From Massalongia carnosa (lineage: Eukaryota), in contig OZ287088.1 in assembly GCA_965645245.1 (NCBI GenBank), positions 248,001 through 312,000 of the forward strand: a stretch of 64,000 nt of DNA, read 5' to 3'. Each line of letters opens with the position of its first letter. Within the stretch, counting starts at the first letter, position 1. The notes under the pieces were generated by a model, which saw only the letters and a list, made by a program, of their open reading frames with translations, made no database searches and was not told where the DNA came from. Positions 36,432 through 48,628 of the stretch are shown in pieces. The translations under genes were made by a program, and so were the position numbers.

Positions 36432-38384
36432 CTAATCGTGCCACACCACCAGTAATCGTTTTCGCTTACTAGTGCCCAACGGCTCAAAGTCCAAAACGGT
36501 TCAAAGACCAAATTAACTATTTATTTCATCCTTCACCAAACGCGTGCCTATTCCACACCACCATGACTGATTCGTTCTGGGACTCTGAAAATCGTCTTGA
36601 TGAGGCCATCAGCGCGTATAATAATGGTGATTATTCTAGTGCCAGCGCTGTTGCTCGAGAATTTCACGTCGATTCGAGGACACTTCGTCGAAGGCTTAAT
36701 GGAGGGGCTTCCAAATCAACTCGTTCACCAAGCAACAAAGCACTTACGAATGCACAAGAAAGGGCTATTTGTGCTTACATTGAGCGATTGGATCATATGG
36801 AACAATCAGCTAAGCTCTCGATGGTTCGTGGAGCTGCTAATTATCTGCTCGGTCGAGCATTAGTTGGACAAACAGATCGTGATCATACCGACACTCCACT
36901 TCCTATCGTAAGCGCTATGTGGACCAGACGATTTTTAAAACGTCATCCGGAGTACTTCAAAAGTAAACAAAAACCTCTTGCTGTTGAGCGTAAACAATCG
37001 CACGATTCGGAGAGTATGATGAAGCATTTTCAGCATTACAAGGCCCTTCGACAGTTGAGAGGAATCGTGGACGAGGCCACTTGGAACATGGATGAAACGG
37101 GCTTTCGAATTTGCTGTGGAAGAGCTCATTGGGTGATTTCGACTCATTCCCATAAGCCTCTTTTGATGACGGATCCAGACAACAGAGACTACATCACCTC
37201 GGTGGAGAGTATTAGTGGTGGAGGGAGGGATATTCCCCCCATGATCATACTTCCTGGCGTACAAATCAAGGAGAAATGGGCCCTGGAGAATGATTTGGAT
37301 GATGACATTCTTTTCGCCGTCAGTCCAACGGGTTATTCAAATGATGACCTCGCTATTGACTGGTTGAGACATTTTGATAAACATAGTGCAAAAGGGCAAA
37401 TTGGTGCATGGAGGTTGTTGATTTTGGACGGATATGGATCTCATATGACGTATGAATTTTTCGAGTATGCACAGAGCAAGCACATCGAATTATTCAGATT
37501 ACCTGCTCATTCAACTCATCTGACCCAACCACTGGACGTTGGATGCTTTCAGCCGTTCAAACATTACCATGCTGAGGCCATTGATGAGGCTATTCGTGCC
37601 GGAGCAGGGGAGTTCAGCAAGATTGACTTTTTGTCGATTTTTCAGGATATGCGCTTCAAAACATTCACCAAATCGACGATTTTAGCTGCATTCAGGAACA
37701 CAGGACTAGTGCCTTATAATCCAAATGTGGTCATTTCGAAAACCGAGGCGCAAATTCGTCAAAGGCCAACTACCCCTCCACCCCCACCATCGGCCCCATT
37801 ATTGGCCAGAACACCTCGCACTTCCACTGAGGTCATCATCTTTGGCACTAAACTTCAAAGAAGCATGCAGACAAATGATGCTGTCGGCGGAGATTATAAA
37901 TTGCATGTCAATCGCTTTTTCAAAGGTGCTATGGCCAGCGCTCATGCTCAGCAGTTGGCCGAAAGGGACTTATTGACCTCAGCTAAAGCCTCAATTGCTA
38001 AGGCGGCGCGTAAAAAGCTTGCTGGAACTGTTGCTCAGTCAGGTGGGGTCATCACCGTTCGAGACGTACGTGCTAAAGTCACCAAACGAAATGAAGATGA
38101 GGTGGAAAAGGCACAGAAGGCCTTGGACCGAGCTAAAGCGGCCGCGTTGAAAAAACAACAGGTCATCAACAACGCCGAAAAGAAGCTCTGGAAAGGACTG
38201 TTTCGTGAGGCCAATACCTTCCTCCGAGCACGTAAAAAATGGGAGGTTGAAAGGACCAAATGGTGGAAGGCTTTTCGTAGTCAAATTGAACATGCATAGT
38301 TAATTTGGTCTTTGAACCGTTTTGGTCTTTGAGCCGTTGGGCACTAGTAAGCAAAAACGATTACTGGTGGTGTGGCACGATTAG
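36432..38384 (+). mobile_element. Fot1/pogo transposon with 89-bp inverted repeats
   Basis: 36432-36520 and 38296-38384 are inverted repeats with 2 mismatches, enclosing an intact transposase ORF. Confidence 0.93.
36563..38299 (+). CDS. Intact Fot1/pogo DDD transposase (578 aa)
   Basis: HTH N-terminus, 'WNMDETGF', 'ILDGYGSH', 'HLTQPLDV'; uninterrupted ORF. Confidence 0.95.
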   Translation: MTDSFWDSENRLDEAISAYNNGDYSSASAVAREFHVDSRTLRRRLNGGASKSTRSPSNKALTNAQERAICAYIERLDHMEQSAKLSMVRGAANYLLGRALVGQTDRDHTDTPLPIVSAMWTRRFLKRHPEYFKSKQKPLAVERKQSHDSESMMKHFQHYKALRQLRGIVDEATWNMDETGFRICCGRAHWVISTHSHKPLLMTDPDNRDYITSVESISGGGRDIPPMIILPGVQIKEKWALENDLDDDILFAVSPTGYSNDDLAIDWLRHFDKHSAKGQIGAWRLLILDGYGSHMTYEFFEYAQSKHIELFRLPAHSTHLTQPLDVGCFQPFKHYHAEAIDEAIRAGAGEFSKIDFLSIFQDMRFKTFTKSTILAAFRNTGLVPYNPNVVISKTEAQIRQRPTTPPPPPSAPLLARTPRTSTEVIIFGTKLQRSMQTNDAVGGDYKLHVNRFFKGAMASAHAQQLAERDLLTSAKASIAKAARKKLAGTVAQSGGVITVRDVRAKVTKRNEDEVEKAQKALDRAKAAALKKQQVINNAEKKLWKGLFREANTFLRARKKWEVERTKWWKAFRSQIEHA

Positions 38385-41178
38385 TACGAATACGTAGACA
38401 CCCCTTTGGTTACCTGGACACCCCTTGAGGTTACCTAGACACCCCCTAGTGATACTCGGACACCCCATTCCTAGAATAGGTAGGAATCAAGGGTTCAGCC
38501 CCTTCACTTACCCACTTCGGGGTAAGCTCCCGGGCGCATATCGGGGAAATTTTTTCCTTCACCTTTTGAAAGTGGTCGGGAATTTCTGAAACGAAGTCGA
38601 TTGGCACTGTCTTTGCAAATCAGACTCTGCTTCTAGAAACTAAGCCTCATTGGTCTAAGTAATGATGATAACCTGTCAGGCGATTAGGGGTCACATGACC
38701 CGCCATGGGTCACATGACCCACGAACCCCTATTAGATATATCCCTCAGTTAGCTAGCCTAGACCTCCCATATATCAATACACCCCACTCCTTTTCACCCA
38801 TATTCCATATTAGCCCATACAGCTTGATATAACCTCCTCATTTCCGCATGCTGTCGCTATCACCCCTCCCCTGTCGCCGTCCCCGCCTCCGAGTCATTTG
38901 CAGTCAGCCTATCTGCCAATCCCCTCGTTATAACCCCTCCTCTAGCCCTGCCTCCCCGTCCCCGTCCCCGTCCCGATCCCTGTCCCCGTCCCCGTCTGCC
39001 TCGTCCCCGACCAGGTGCCGGGTCCGCTCGATGAACGGCTGATTGATCTGTATCTGGGTCCACCCGCTCGAAAGGGAAGGATCACGATTAGTAGATGCCT
39101 CGAATGCTTGCTGTCTTCTATTCAAATTCTCCGCACCTGGAGGTCGGCCCCTTGGTCTAGCAACTTCGGGTGCCTGAACCCGAAGATAAGGATTATCAAT
39201 AGCCACACGGGCTGTCCTATCAAACCTCCAATGAGGATGAATATCTTCCAAAAGCAACTTTCCCCCCCCATCCCCATACAATCGTTCCTGAATCTTATGA
39301 TTGCACGGAAGACCCATGGTCAAGCTGAACGTTCCAGTACAGGCCGGAATAGCTGTTGGTTAACCAACCAAACGTTCGTATTGAGGCATGATCTTTCTCA
39401 AAGCGTAGGGAGTGACGTATGGACTGATTTCCTGAAAGATAGGTTTGCGAATATCCATAGGTAGTCGTACCTTCGCTTCATCAAGACGAATCAGATGATT
39501 GTGAAGTTCATTGATCAATAGAAGATTGATTCCGTCCACCACCGTCTTAAGATCTCCAGACGATGACCCTAGCTGTCGCTTAAGTACTGCATGCCCGCCT
39601 TCACCTCGAGAGGTAGTGGTGGTTTCGAAATGAGTAATCATACTGGTATAGCACTTGACAAAACGATGTCGGAAGGGTATGTAGATGTCGTTCAGATATT
39701 CCACACATTGATCCTGGCCCTGATACTGAATCCTGAATCGCTCCCATAACTCCAAAAACTCTGGTTATGACGAGGCATAAACGACCGTTTCCAACTCAGC
39801 GGAGAAGGAGTCCCACGCCTCTTTGGTATCGAGGCTCTTCTTGCAATTGGTCAGGACATTATTATTGATGTACCATAAGCAAAGCAGATGATTGGTTGCG
39901 GGGAAAACATCCTCAATTCCAGCTATCAGACTCTTTTCCATGTCCGTGACTATGACGATCGGGTTAGGAAGCATCATCCTATCATGCACATCTCGCAATT
40001 GCTGCAACATCCAGGTATAATCAGACGTGGCTTCCTTGGCCATGAAGCAAAATGCCACATAGAAGTTGGTATGTAGGGCGGTTTGACCACTGATGATCAA
40101 TAAGGGCATCTTATATCTGTTGGTTTTGTAAGTGGCGTCCATCACCAACACCTCGTGGTTCGACTTCAATAGTCGCTGAGAACAGCTCTTAATAAAGAAT
40201 AAATGAGTTATTCTATCTAGATCATCCTTTTGCATCTGATACGTCCAATCTCCTTGATCCAGCTCTCGGATTAATGCCTGAACCGGAGTCAATGGGCCGA
40301 GTGTCTCGCGACGAAGCTGCGCTTTGACGTTGTAGATATCCCGAGGTTTGAATAAGGGATTGATGATGTAGGGATTTTCTGGATGGTCAAAATTGATTCC
40401 CGTCGTCGGATCAGCAACACGAAGACTAGATAAAATCTTGAAAGGGGCTGTTTGCACGATCAGAGCTCGGGAAATCTCGCTTTTAACTTCTTTCGTCATC
40501 GCCAATTTCCTCAACGCTGGATGAGCACCAGCGAGGGTAGAAGCATGATTATGAGTCGATTTGACCACCTCCAAAAACCAGATACCACTGTCGTTTTCTC
40601 GTGTGGCCACACAAGAGAAAGGGCATTCAATTCGTCGGCTACCCGTATGTCGCCGATCCTGACCTCTTGGTCCGTCGGTTTTTCTTCCTCGATCACATAT
40701 CAGCCATGCCTTTCTCGTTACCTTAAGTTTCGACTTCCCAAAACGACTGCGTATTTTTGACGACCAGCATGCTCATTGACTCATAGAACCAGGTCTTCCA
40801 GACTTTCAAAACTTTGTCCATCCTCGGGGGGTGCAAGTCCGCCAGGGGGTAGAGGGCCAGGTGTCGGGGTGGAGTAGCTGGTTCATCTTCAAGGGGTTCA
40901 AGTCCGTCAGGAGGTGGGGGGTCAGGAGGTGGGGGTCCAGGAGGTGGTGCAGACATGATGAAGTGTCTAAATGTTGGTGATGTTGATGTTTACGAAGTGC
41001 CAAAATGTTGGTGTTTACAGTTGAAAAAAAATTCCCGAGGTGCACCCTCGGGAGCTTACCCCGAAGTAGGTAAGTGAGGGGGCTGAACCCTTGATTCTTA
41101 CCTATTCTAGGAAGGGGGTGTCCGTGTATCACTAGGGGGTGTCCAGGTAAGCAAAGGGGTGTCCACGTATCCGTACTC
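38383..41178 (-). mobile_element. Hop-like MULE with ~130-150-bp TIRs and a degraded transposase (40956 to ~38860)
   Basis: 38383-~38533 and ~41048-41178 are inverted repeats rich in GACACCCC sub-repeats; 'MDATYKTNRYKMPL', 'VTDME', 'LCLW', 'TTSRGEGGH', 'GLPCNH'; stops and frameshifts; no TSD found. Confidence 0.9.
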
Positions 41179-42188
41179 TATAATTAAGCTCGATCGACTC
41201 TATCTTATTGCCCGCGCAGTGTTAGGGTTCCCGTCTAGCTAACGTCAGCTTGCAAGTCAGATGCCTCAGCCAATGCTAATAAGTGAGCCTCAAGGCTTAC
41301 TTACCGTCAGAGTGGCTGGCGCTCAGTTTGTATGTGTTACGTGTTGGAGTAGCTACTAGTACAGTTCTACCAGCACTGCCCTTATGTATCATAACCACGG
41401 GTCATGTCCTAATCTCGTTTTGTAATTTTTCAAAGATTGTCGCCTTGTGTTGGGTGGTAATCACCACGATTCGTAAGATGATTGGTGGCCATGAATCATC
41501 TAGTGGTTGATGATCATGGTCTATCTGCTGGGTAGACGGTGACCATGGTCCTAGATAGACGGTAACCATAACCGACGGTGATCATGATCTTAGTTGGACG
41601 GTGGTCATGACTTATCTAATAACCATAATTATTACCATAATAGCATGCGCCACACCAATTTGCCACTGAGGACATTTCGGAAAACTCACCTCGAATTCGA
41701 CCCACTCCGGGGTGGACTGGACACCTACTGATCCCTAACCCAAACCCGAATACCCTTTCCACGTTGTGCAGCGTGGGCCCTCGAACCCGATCCGAAAACC
41801 CAACCCGTTGCACAGCGTAAATTTATGTGAAGAAATATGATGAAGAAAATTCGTGCTCAGAACATGGCCCGTGACTAGGACAAGGGCAAGTGTTGATAGG
41901 AGACCTCAACCTATGCGGTTGAGTAAGGAGTGGATAGGTGGGAAATGACCTTTTAATGCTGAACTCTAAATCACCGATGATGATGAGAAGAAGAATGTCA
42001 AAAGGCCTCCTATTTATGCCCTTTTTCTCCTCTCCTTGTCTAACCTTTTAGACATCATCCCCTTGTCCTCGGCCTCCATCGGCTGTCCACGGACCGTCTC
42101 CACTAGGTCCCTGGGTTATCTTTCGTCCTAGCCGAATTACTACTATACTAGTACTTCAATAGAAACCTCTTATATCGGCGCCTCTTTT

Positions 42189-45100
42189 CTACCTTCCACT
42201 TTTCGCACCGTACTCGAGTAGCACTTGAGTTATCTTGCTATTTGCGATATCAAGACAAGTCTTTACCAACTCAGGCCCTATCTTCTCGTTTACATCGGCC
42301 CCTGCATCCAACAAGATTCAAACCGTCGACGTAGCCTTGGACATGACAGCTTTGGAAAGTGCTGTATCTCCATTATATTTGTGTTCCAAGTTCGACCCAT
42401 GTCATAACAATAGCTTCACTAACTCGAGATGCTTATCCCGTTTGTCTTTAGAATAAAAATGCTTGATATTCGAAGCTGCTATCAAAAGTACTGAACATCC
42501 TGATATCACGGCGTTAACATCGGCTCCTTTATCTAGTAAGATATGTACTAGCTCTATCGAATCGCTTTCACACGCAATGTGTAAAGGCGTTTGTTTCGAA
42601 TTATTTTGTACGTTAACATCGGCTCCTTTATTCAGTAAGATTTGTACCAGTTCTATCGATTCACATTTACACGCAATGTGTAAAGGCGTTTGTTTCGAAT
42701 TATTTTGTGCGTTAACATCGGCTCCTTTATCTAGTAAGATCTGTACAAGCTCTATCGAATCGTGTTCATACGCAATGTGTAAAGGCATTTGTTTCTAATT
42801 GTTTTGTGTGTTAACATCGGCTCCTTTATCCAGTAAGATCTGTACAAGCTCTATCGAATCGTGTTCACACGCAACGTGTAAAGGCTTTTCATTCCAAGGA
42901 CCCGGTATGTAATATCGGCTCCTTTATTTAGTAAAATCTGTACAAGCTCTACCGAATCGTGTTCACACGCAATGTGTAAAGGCGTCTGTTCCGAATTATC
43001 TCGTACATTGACATCGGCTCCTTTATTTAGTAAGATCTGTACAAGCTTTATCGAATCGTGTTTACACGCAATGTGTAAAGGCGTCTGTTCCGAATTATCT
43101 CGTACGTTAACATCGGCTCCTTTATTTAGTAAGATCTGTACAAGCTCTACCGAATCGTGTTTTTTACACGTAATGTGTAAAGGCGTCTGTTTCGAATTAT
43201 TTTGTACGTTAACATCGGCTCCTTTATTCAGTAAAAATCGTGCTATCTCATTCTGCCCTATTCTGCTCGCGAAGTGTAAAGGAGCTTCGCCATACTCATT
43301 CGAAATATTTATACCAGCTCCTGAATCAAACAGCATCTGAGCTGCTTCTAGATTACCATACTTGCAAGCAAGACCGAAAGCCGTTGTTCCAGAATAAAGA
43401 TTCTTAACGTCTATAACTGTAGGAGCATTTTGGATACGCATCTTCAAGAGATCACAAAACCCCCAAACAGTAACTGCAAAAATGCAGTCATGTTCGCTTA
43501 TCATATCCATACCGGTAGAATATTTCGGGTTATATGAATAGTATTCACGCATTCTGTAATCAGGCATTCTGTTGCGACGTATTCCTTTGCGACGTATTCT
43601 GTAATGACGCATCAAATAAAGACATGCAACCTTGCCCCAACATGTAAAAACACGCGATTGTGTCTGTTGATCCATCAGAAATTCATAGGATATTGCTTTC
43701 AATGGATTCTTTAGTCGATAGTCTCCGCTCTCAAACAAATGCGGCCCCCAGTATAAGCAGGCGTACCTATGGAATAAGTTAACATAATCATATTTCAAGT
43801 TACGATAATCATGTTTGAAATCAAGATATTCTACTTTGTCCTCTTTATCGTCCGTTGCAAGTACTCTCTCGACGATTGCATCCGCAGATAGATAACGTAG
43901 ACAGCACTCGGCCGCGAGCGCATGATTCAAGTCAGATTTATAGTTGTCTCTCGTCTCGAGATACTCGCGGACAGAAAGATGGGCAAACCGAAAGACATCC
44001 AGTTCCTGATCATGAACAACAAAGTTGAAGCATAGAGGTAGTAGAGTTTTCACTGATTCTAGAGGCCTTTCTTCTCCACAGAACGACACCGCCAAAAGAA
44101 AGCTCTCTGTTTTCAAAGGTTCTTGGGAGCATAGCAATAATCTGAATGTGTACTCGGGAATCAATTTCTCCTCGTCCTCGATAAGTTGGAGCTGTTGATT
44201 GTAGGTTTCATCATAGATTATTTGGAGGTCTTTAGGAAGCTTGCCGAGTCGTTTCTTGAGTACCGTCTCGGTCCTGATGTTTCGGAGATATTGCAGCTGT
44301 AAAGTCACCCATCGAAACCTTGAAAGAAATGATTGTTAGCATTTCATGTGTTTGTTTGTGTAGAAACATGAGTTAATAAGAATTGTAAAATAGCAACGAC
44401 AGTTCTAGCCGACGCAATGAAGAGTCTCATGCTCGCTCTGTCTTTTTACTGTTATCACAAAAAGAGTGCTTTTATCTGATAGCGTTATACCTAAAAGCTA
44501 TGATAGAAATTGAGATGTATCGGGTTTGCGACAGTACTAGGTCCTGAAGAAAGGCGTTTCAAAATAAAACGTCGCATTGAGAATTACAACTCGGACTAAT
44601 ATCGACTAAAAATGACTAGAGAGCAATAGGAGTTCATGATCAAGATTATAATGACGATGTCGCAGCCAATCAGAAGCAAGGTTACTCACATTCCTTGAGC
44701 TCCATCATTAAGAGCCTCTTTAATCTGCACTTTTAGGATTTCTGAGATATTTCCATCTAGCAGCCTCTTCTTTGCGATCAACTGATCAACCTCTAGGTCC
44801 ACAAATCGAACAATATCGGGCTGATTTTTAGCAGCTTCGATTCTCAGATTTAGGCAATCGGCCAAATGACAAGCAATCCCTTGGTCATCTCGGCTAGAGA
44901 CAAAGATCTTGACAAGGCCTACGGATTCTTGAAGGAGGCGTGATAACGCATCCAACAAGTTGTCACGCTCGAAAGAATGACATTCGTCAAGAGCATCAAT
45001 TATAATCGTGGTTAGTGGTCGATGCTTTGTTAATTCAACGATAAGGTCGATGCTTTCTTTCATATTAAGTGGACCGCCAGCAAATCCGTTCTTCTTCCTT

Positions 45101-46474
45101 GCTTCATAAGCTTCTCGTGGCGGAGCCAAGACTGCTTCTCCTGGCCTAAGGCATGAAAACTGCCTCACGAGGCTTCGTAATATGGCTTCTGCCTCGGCTC
45201 TCTCCGGCTCGGCAGGATTCCGCGTACAGTAGAAGTAGATTGGAAGCGGATTACTTGCGGAGCGAAACTCACTCAGTAACTGTTCAATAAGGATAGATCT
45301 GATTTCCCATCAGTCATGAGGCATAGGCATTTCCAAAAAAAAAGAGTCACGAACGTCAACTTAGTTTTCCCAGATCCAGGAATGCCATTCAACCAAATTA
45401 TGGCCGACGTGCTTGACTTTCGCCAATCTAACAAGCGGTCGTCGTTCAGAAGCCAGCCACCTGTGCCGGATAATACGCCTGTATGAGCTTGCGTATGATG
45501 CTGCTCGTAGGGAATAGGCGATAGCCAACCGAGTATTTCTATGCGCTCCTTGACTTGAAGACCATCTTGTATTTCTTTTAGCTGCTTTTCCATCCGGTTG
45601 ATTGGCTTTTCTAAGTCAATTAACATAGATTTCAGATTTTGATCCACTTCCTCTCCCCTTTTCTGACACTCTGCGTCACACAAAGATGTGTCCTTTCGAG
45701 CCTCGACCTCTTGCTCGTCGATGTTTTTAAGATAGTTCTTCAATTTGTTGTTTAAATCGGTGAATGATCTCCAAACTTTCGCTAAAGAAACCAAATATCA
45801 GCTTCCATGGGCTATCACTATATATTCGAAGCATCTGAAATATAATATGGTTTCTGCTTACTTGCTGTATTCTTTTTGTAATATCGTTGAGCTTTGGCTA
45901 GGAACCTCAACACGTTGACATAAAGGTTCACCATTGATTTCTCTAGATGAGGGACGGCTTGAAAGCTTCTACGAAGATATATATTTTCGACAATCCTGTA
46001 ATATGTAATGATGTGAGTTACCTTCTCTATACCTTCGGCTACCAAACCGTATTGTTCGATATCGTTTATGGAGATCTGCAAAACTGTCAATTCATTTTGT
46101 TTTGGGTGGTGGCAGAACAAATCAACAGGATATAAATCCAAACGTCGACTTACCTTCAGCAGAAATCTCACAGCCGCCCATGGCAAAGCGGCATGAACTG
46201 GATCAAGCTGTACAGCCACATCACCTACAGCGATGAAATGGTTGATCCAAACCGCGATCTTGGTGAAGACATCACGCATTTTAATCGCATGTCCGGTGGA
46301 GCTTTTGCCCACGGTCCATTGCTTGCTGTCGCATTCGGATTTCTTCGCGGCTACGTCTCGGAGTAGCTCATTCAACCATGGCTCATTCAACCTTATTGAG
46401 GAATGGGGTAAAAGGCAAGCCTTGTCCTTTTCGCTCAGCCGGTCAGCTGCGATGGCCCAGAGATTTTGGCTCAT
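42189..46474 (-). pseudogene. Fungal NLR: N-terminal helical domain + NACHT + ankyrin repeats, C-terminal repeats disrupted
   Basis: 'ALPWAAVRFLL' N-domain, P-loop 'GIPGSGKT', Walker B 'IIIDALDEC', 'GM|FRWVTLQ' across intron 44689-44319, 'FAHLSVREYL', ~99-bp ankyrin repeats. Frameshift at ~42902; stops at 42795, 42402 and 42318. Confidence 0.88.
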
Positions 46475-47224
46475 ATTTGGACACCGACGGCTATTGAAAA
46501 CGGCTGGTGACTTCACTTCGGAGCTTCGATACCTTGACTATGCCCTTTTTCTTTGGAACTACAACACCGAAGAGACGCGCCAGAGAGGTACCCAAGATGC
46601 CAACGGAAAAATACCAAAGCTAGGCTTTTGTGTTGAGAACCCGTAACTTCAGGATGACTACATGTTGAGACAGTGTGAATCTGTGCATCGACCCCGATTT
46701 AAACTCAAGAATGTACGCACATGATGGGTGAGAAGTTGTAAGAAAATTCCGGACGATTATTTGATCGCGCCCCTCCCATCAGTACAATGTAAGCGTTAGG
46801 CAGAGGTACATATAACTGTAGGAGAAAAATGCACAGCCTTGCGTTCTTCATCCAACGAGATCACAGATGTCAACTCCGCCTTTTCTGCACAATCCACCTG
46901 CAGAACCAATCATTTGTTCAGCATCGTACTCTCTGATCTGACATTCTAGACAAAAGCAAATACAATGTGGTGCCGCCTTTAGCCTCGATGATCGACATCC
47001 ATTCAATAGCCTCATTACAAGACGAAGTCCCCCCCCAAACGTGCCAAGTTAACCGACTTTCTGATGGGGAAACTCCATCTGCCTGTGCGATAGATGATCG
47101 GAATGGATGAGTGCGGGAAAGATTTACAACGATGAAGACGATTCGATTTTCTCGTCAGTAGCTAATCGTAACGAAATAGTCTCTTCGAGGCTTCTTGACC
47201 ACGTACAGAGTATCGATTTCATGA

Positions 47225-48142
47225 TTAATGCTCTACAACTGCGGCAGTGGTCATCAAAGCAGCATATCCTTTTTGTGTCAAACCCACTGTCCTCCTCCCG
47301 CGAGGCTGAGTCGTGTACACATAGGATTGTACTATGACGACACCGACGAAGATTGCCGTCGACAAAGCGAACACTACGATAGGCAACACCTCGTACCAGC
47401 TCAAGCGACGCAGTGGCGCAGGAGGTTCGGGACCGCCTGCTTTCTGGCTGGAATCCCCACTCCGGTCCCTCTGTACTGCTTTCACGGCATCCTCATGCGA
47501 GATCTGGCAGGTTGCCGCAAGCCAGTCCGCTACCGTGGAGTTGTCGGAGCGAGTGCACCGTGCGGTACAGCCAAAAAGATGTCGATGTGAGCAGAAGCAG
47601 TTCCTGGATTCACTGATACATCCATACGTGATTGTTTGGGTGCGGAGGCAGTCTCGGGCGCAACGAGGTATGAATTTCCGAACACCGTCGACTCTCGAGT
47701 CATAGCTAATCCCGGGGTCCGTGTCGCAAGTCTTGTTGTACCAGTTTTCCAGCAGAAACACATCTGACCACGGGCAAGGGTGGAATGCGCATTCGTAAGG
47801 CGTGGAAAGCTTGCAGTAGCAATCGAGGCTCACCGTCGAGCAATTCTTCCCACTACCGGGGGGGCATGGAGATGGATAGGTGGTGGGACACGGATATTCT
47901 GTGGTGGTTGGGTAGACGCAGTTGCTTACTCCGCATGCTGGCATCGAGTCAAAATCCACAGTTGGGCTGGGAGTATCGCGTGGCTGTACATTGTAGAGTT
48001 GTTGGCCTGTGGGTGACGATTTCTCCACCAGAGAAGCAGTCGCTGCTGCATTCTCGCTCAAGCGATGATAGCTCTCCTTCCAAGCTCCAGCTACCCCGAT
48101 AGCAATGATCGGAGAATTGATGACGAGCAAGCTACTTCTCAT
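47225..48142 (-). CDS. Single-pass membrane protein with two CFEM-like Cys-rich domains
   Basis: Hydrophobic N-terminus; two 'PxC(G/A)xxC...CxC...C...C...W...C' modules; C-terminal TM 'VLPIVVFALSTAIFVGVVIV'. Confidence 0.75.
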   Translation of the reverse strand: MRSSLLVINSPIIAIGVAGAWKESYHRLSENAAATASLVEKSSPTGQQLYNVQPRDTPSPTVDFDSMPACGVSNCVYPTTTEYPCPTTYPSPCPPGSGKNCSTVSLDCYCKLSTPYECAFHPCPWSDVFLLENWYNKTCDTDPGISYDSRVDGVRKFIPRCARDCLRTQTITYGCISESRNCFCSHRHLFGCTARCTRSDNSTVADWLAATCQISHEDAVKAVQRDRSGDSSQKAGGPEPPAPLRRLSWYEVLPIVVFALSTAIFVGVVIVQSYVYTTQPRGRRTVGLTQKGYAALMTTAAVVEH

Positions 48143-48628
48143 GGTCGATATTTATGTTTTACAGCCGGACGAACTTTAAAGCTACCGGCACGCTCTTTAT
48201 ATATAAGGTCACTGGTTGTACAAACTTCGAACGAGCGATCAGCTGGAGCTGATGTGTAGACTCATCATGGCATTTCATCATAGCATTCAGCCAGCTCTCA
48301 AACGCCAATACCCACGTGAGCCAATTCCTTCAGGCTGACAATTACAAGGTACTCGATATAGACAAGCCTAAAAACTCAATCCAATCATGCGGCCTGCAAG
48401 TGGTGGTGGTGCCATGCCCAGCCTTGGCTGCAACTGTCGGGTCCTTCCCACAGAATCTCTTCACGTCGAGAGAGCCTTTCTCATCTCTTCCGAGATGATT
48501 TCGCTTCTCCCTTTCTACACATCAATGAAACGAGCACCTAACTTTGGGTTGGATTCTCAATCAGCTTCGAAGATCCCCATATCACGCCCTGGCACATCCC
48601 GCCGGGTCTTGGCTTCAACTCCACGAAT

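Noticed and set aside
41716..41820. CCCTAACCC as telomeric repeat, or ACCCG-rich hAT-like terminus
   Set aside because: Only a single telomere-like unit; no partner TIR, TSD or hAT transposase in the window.
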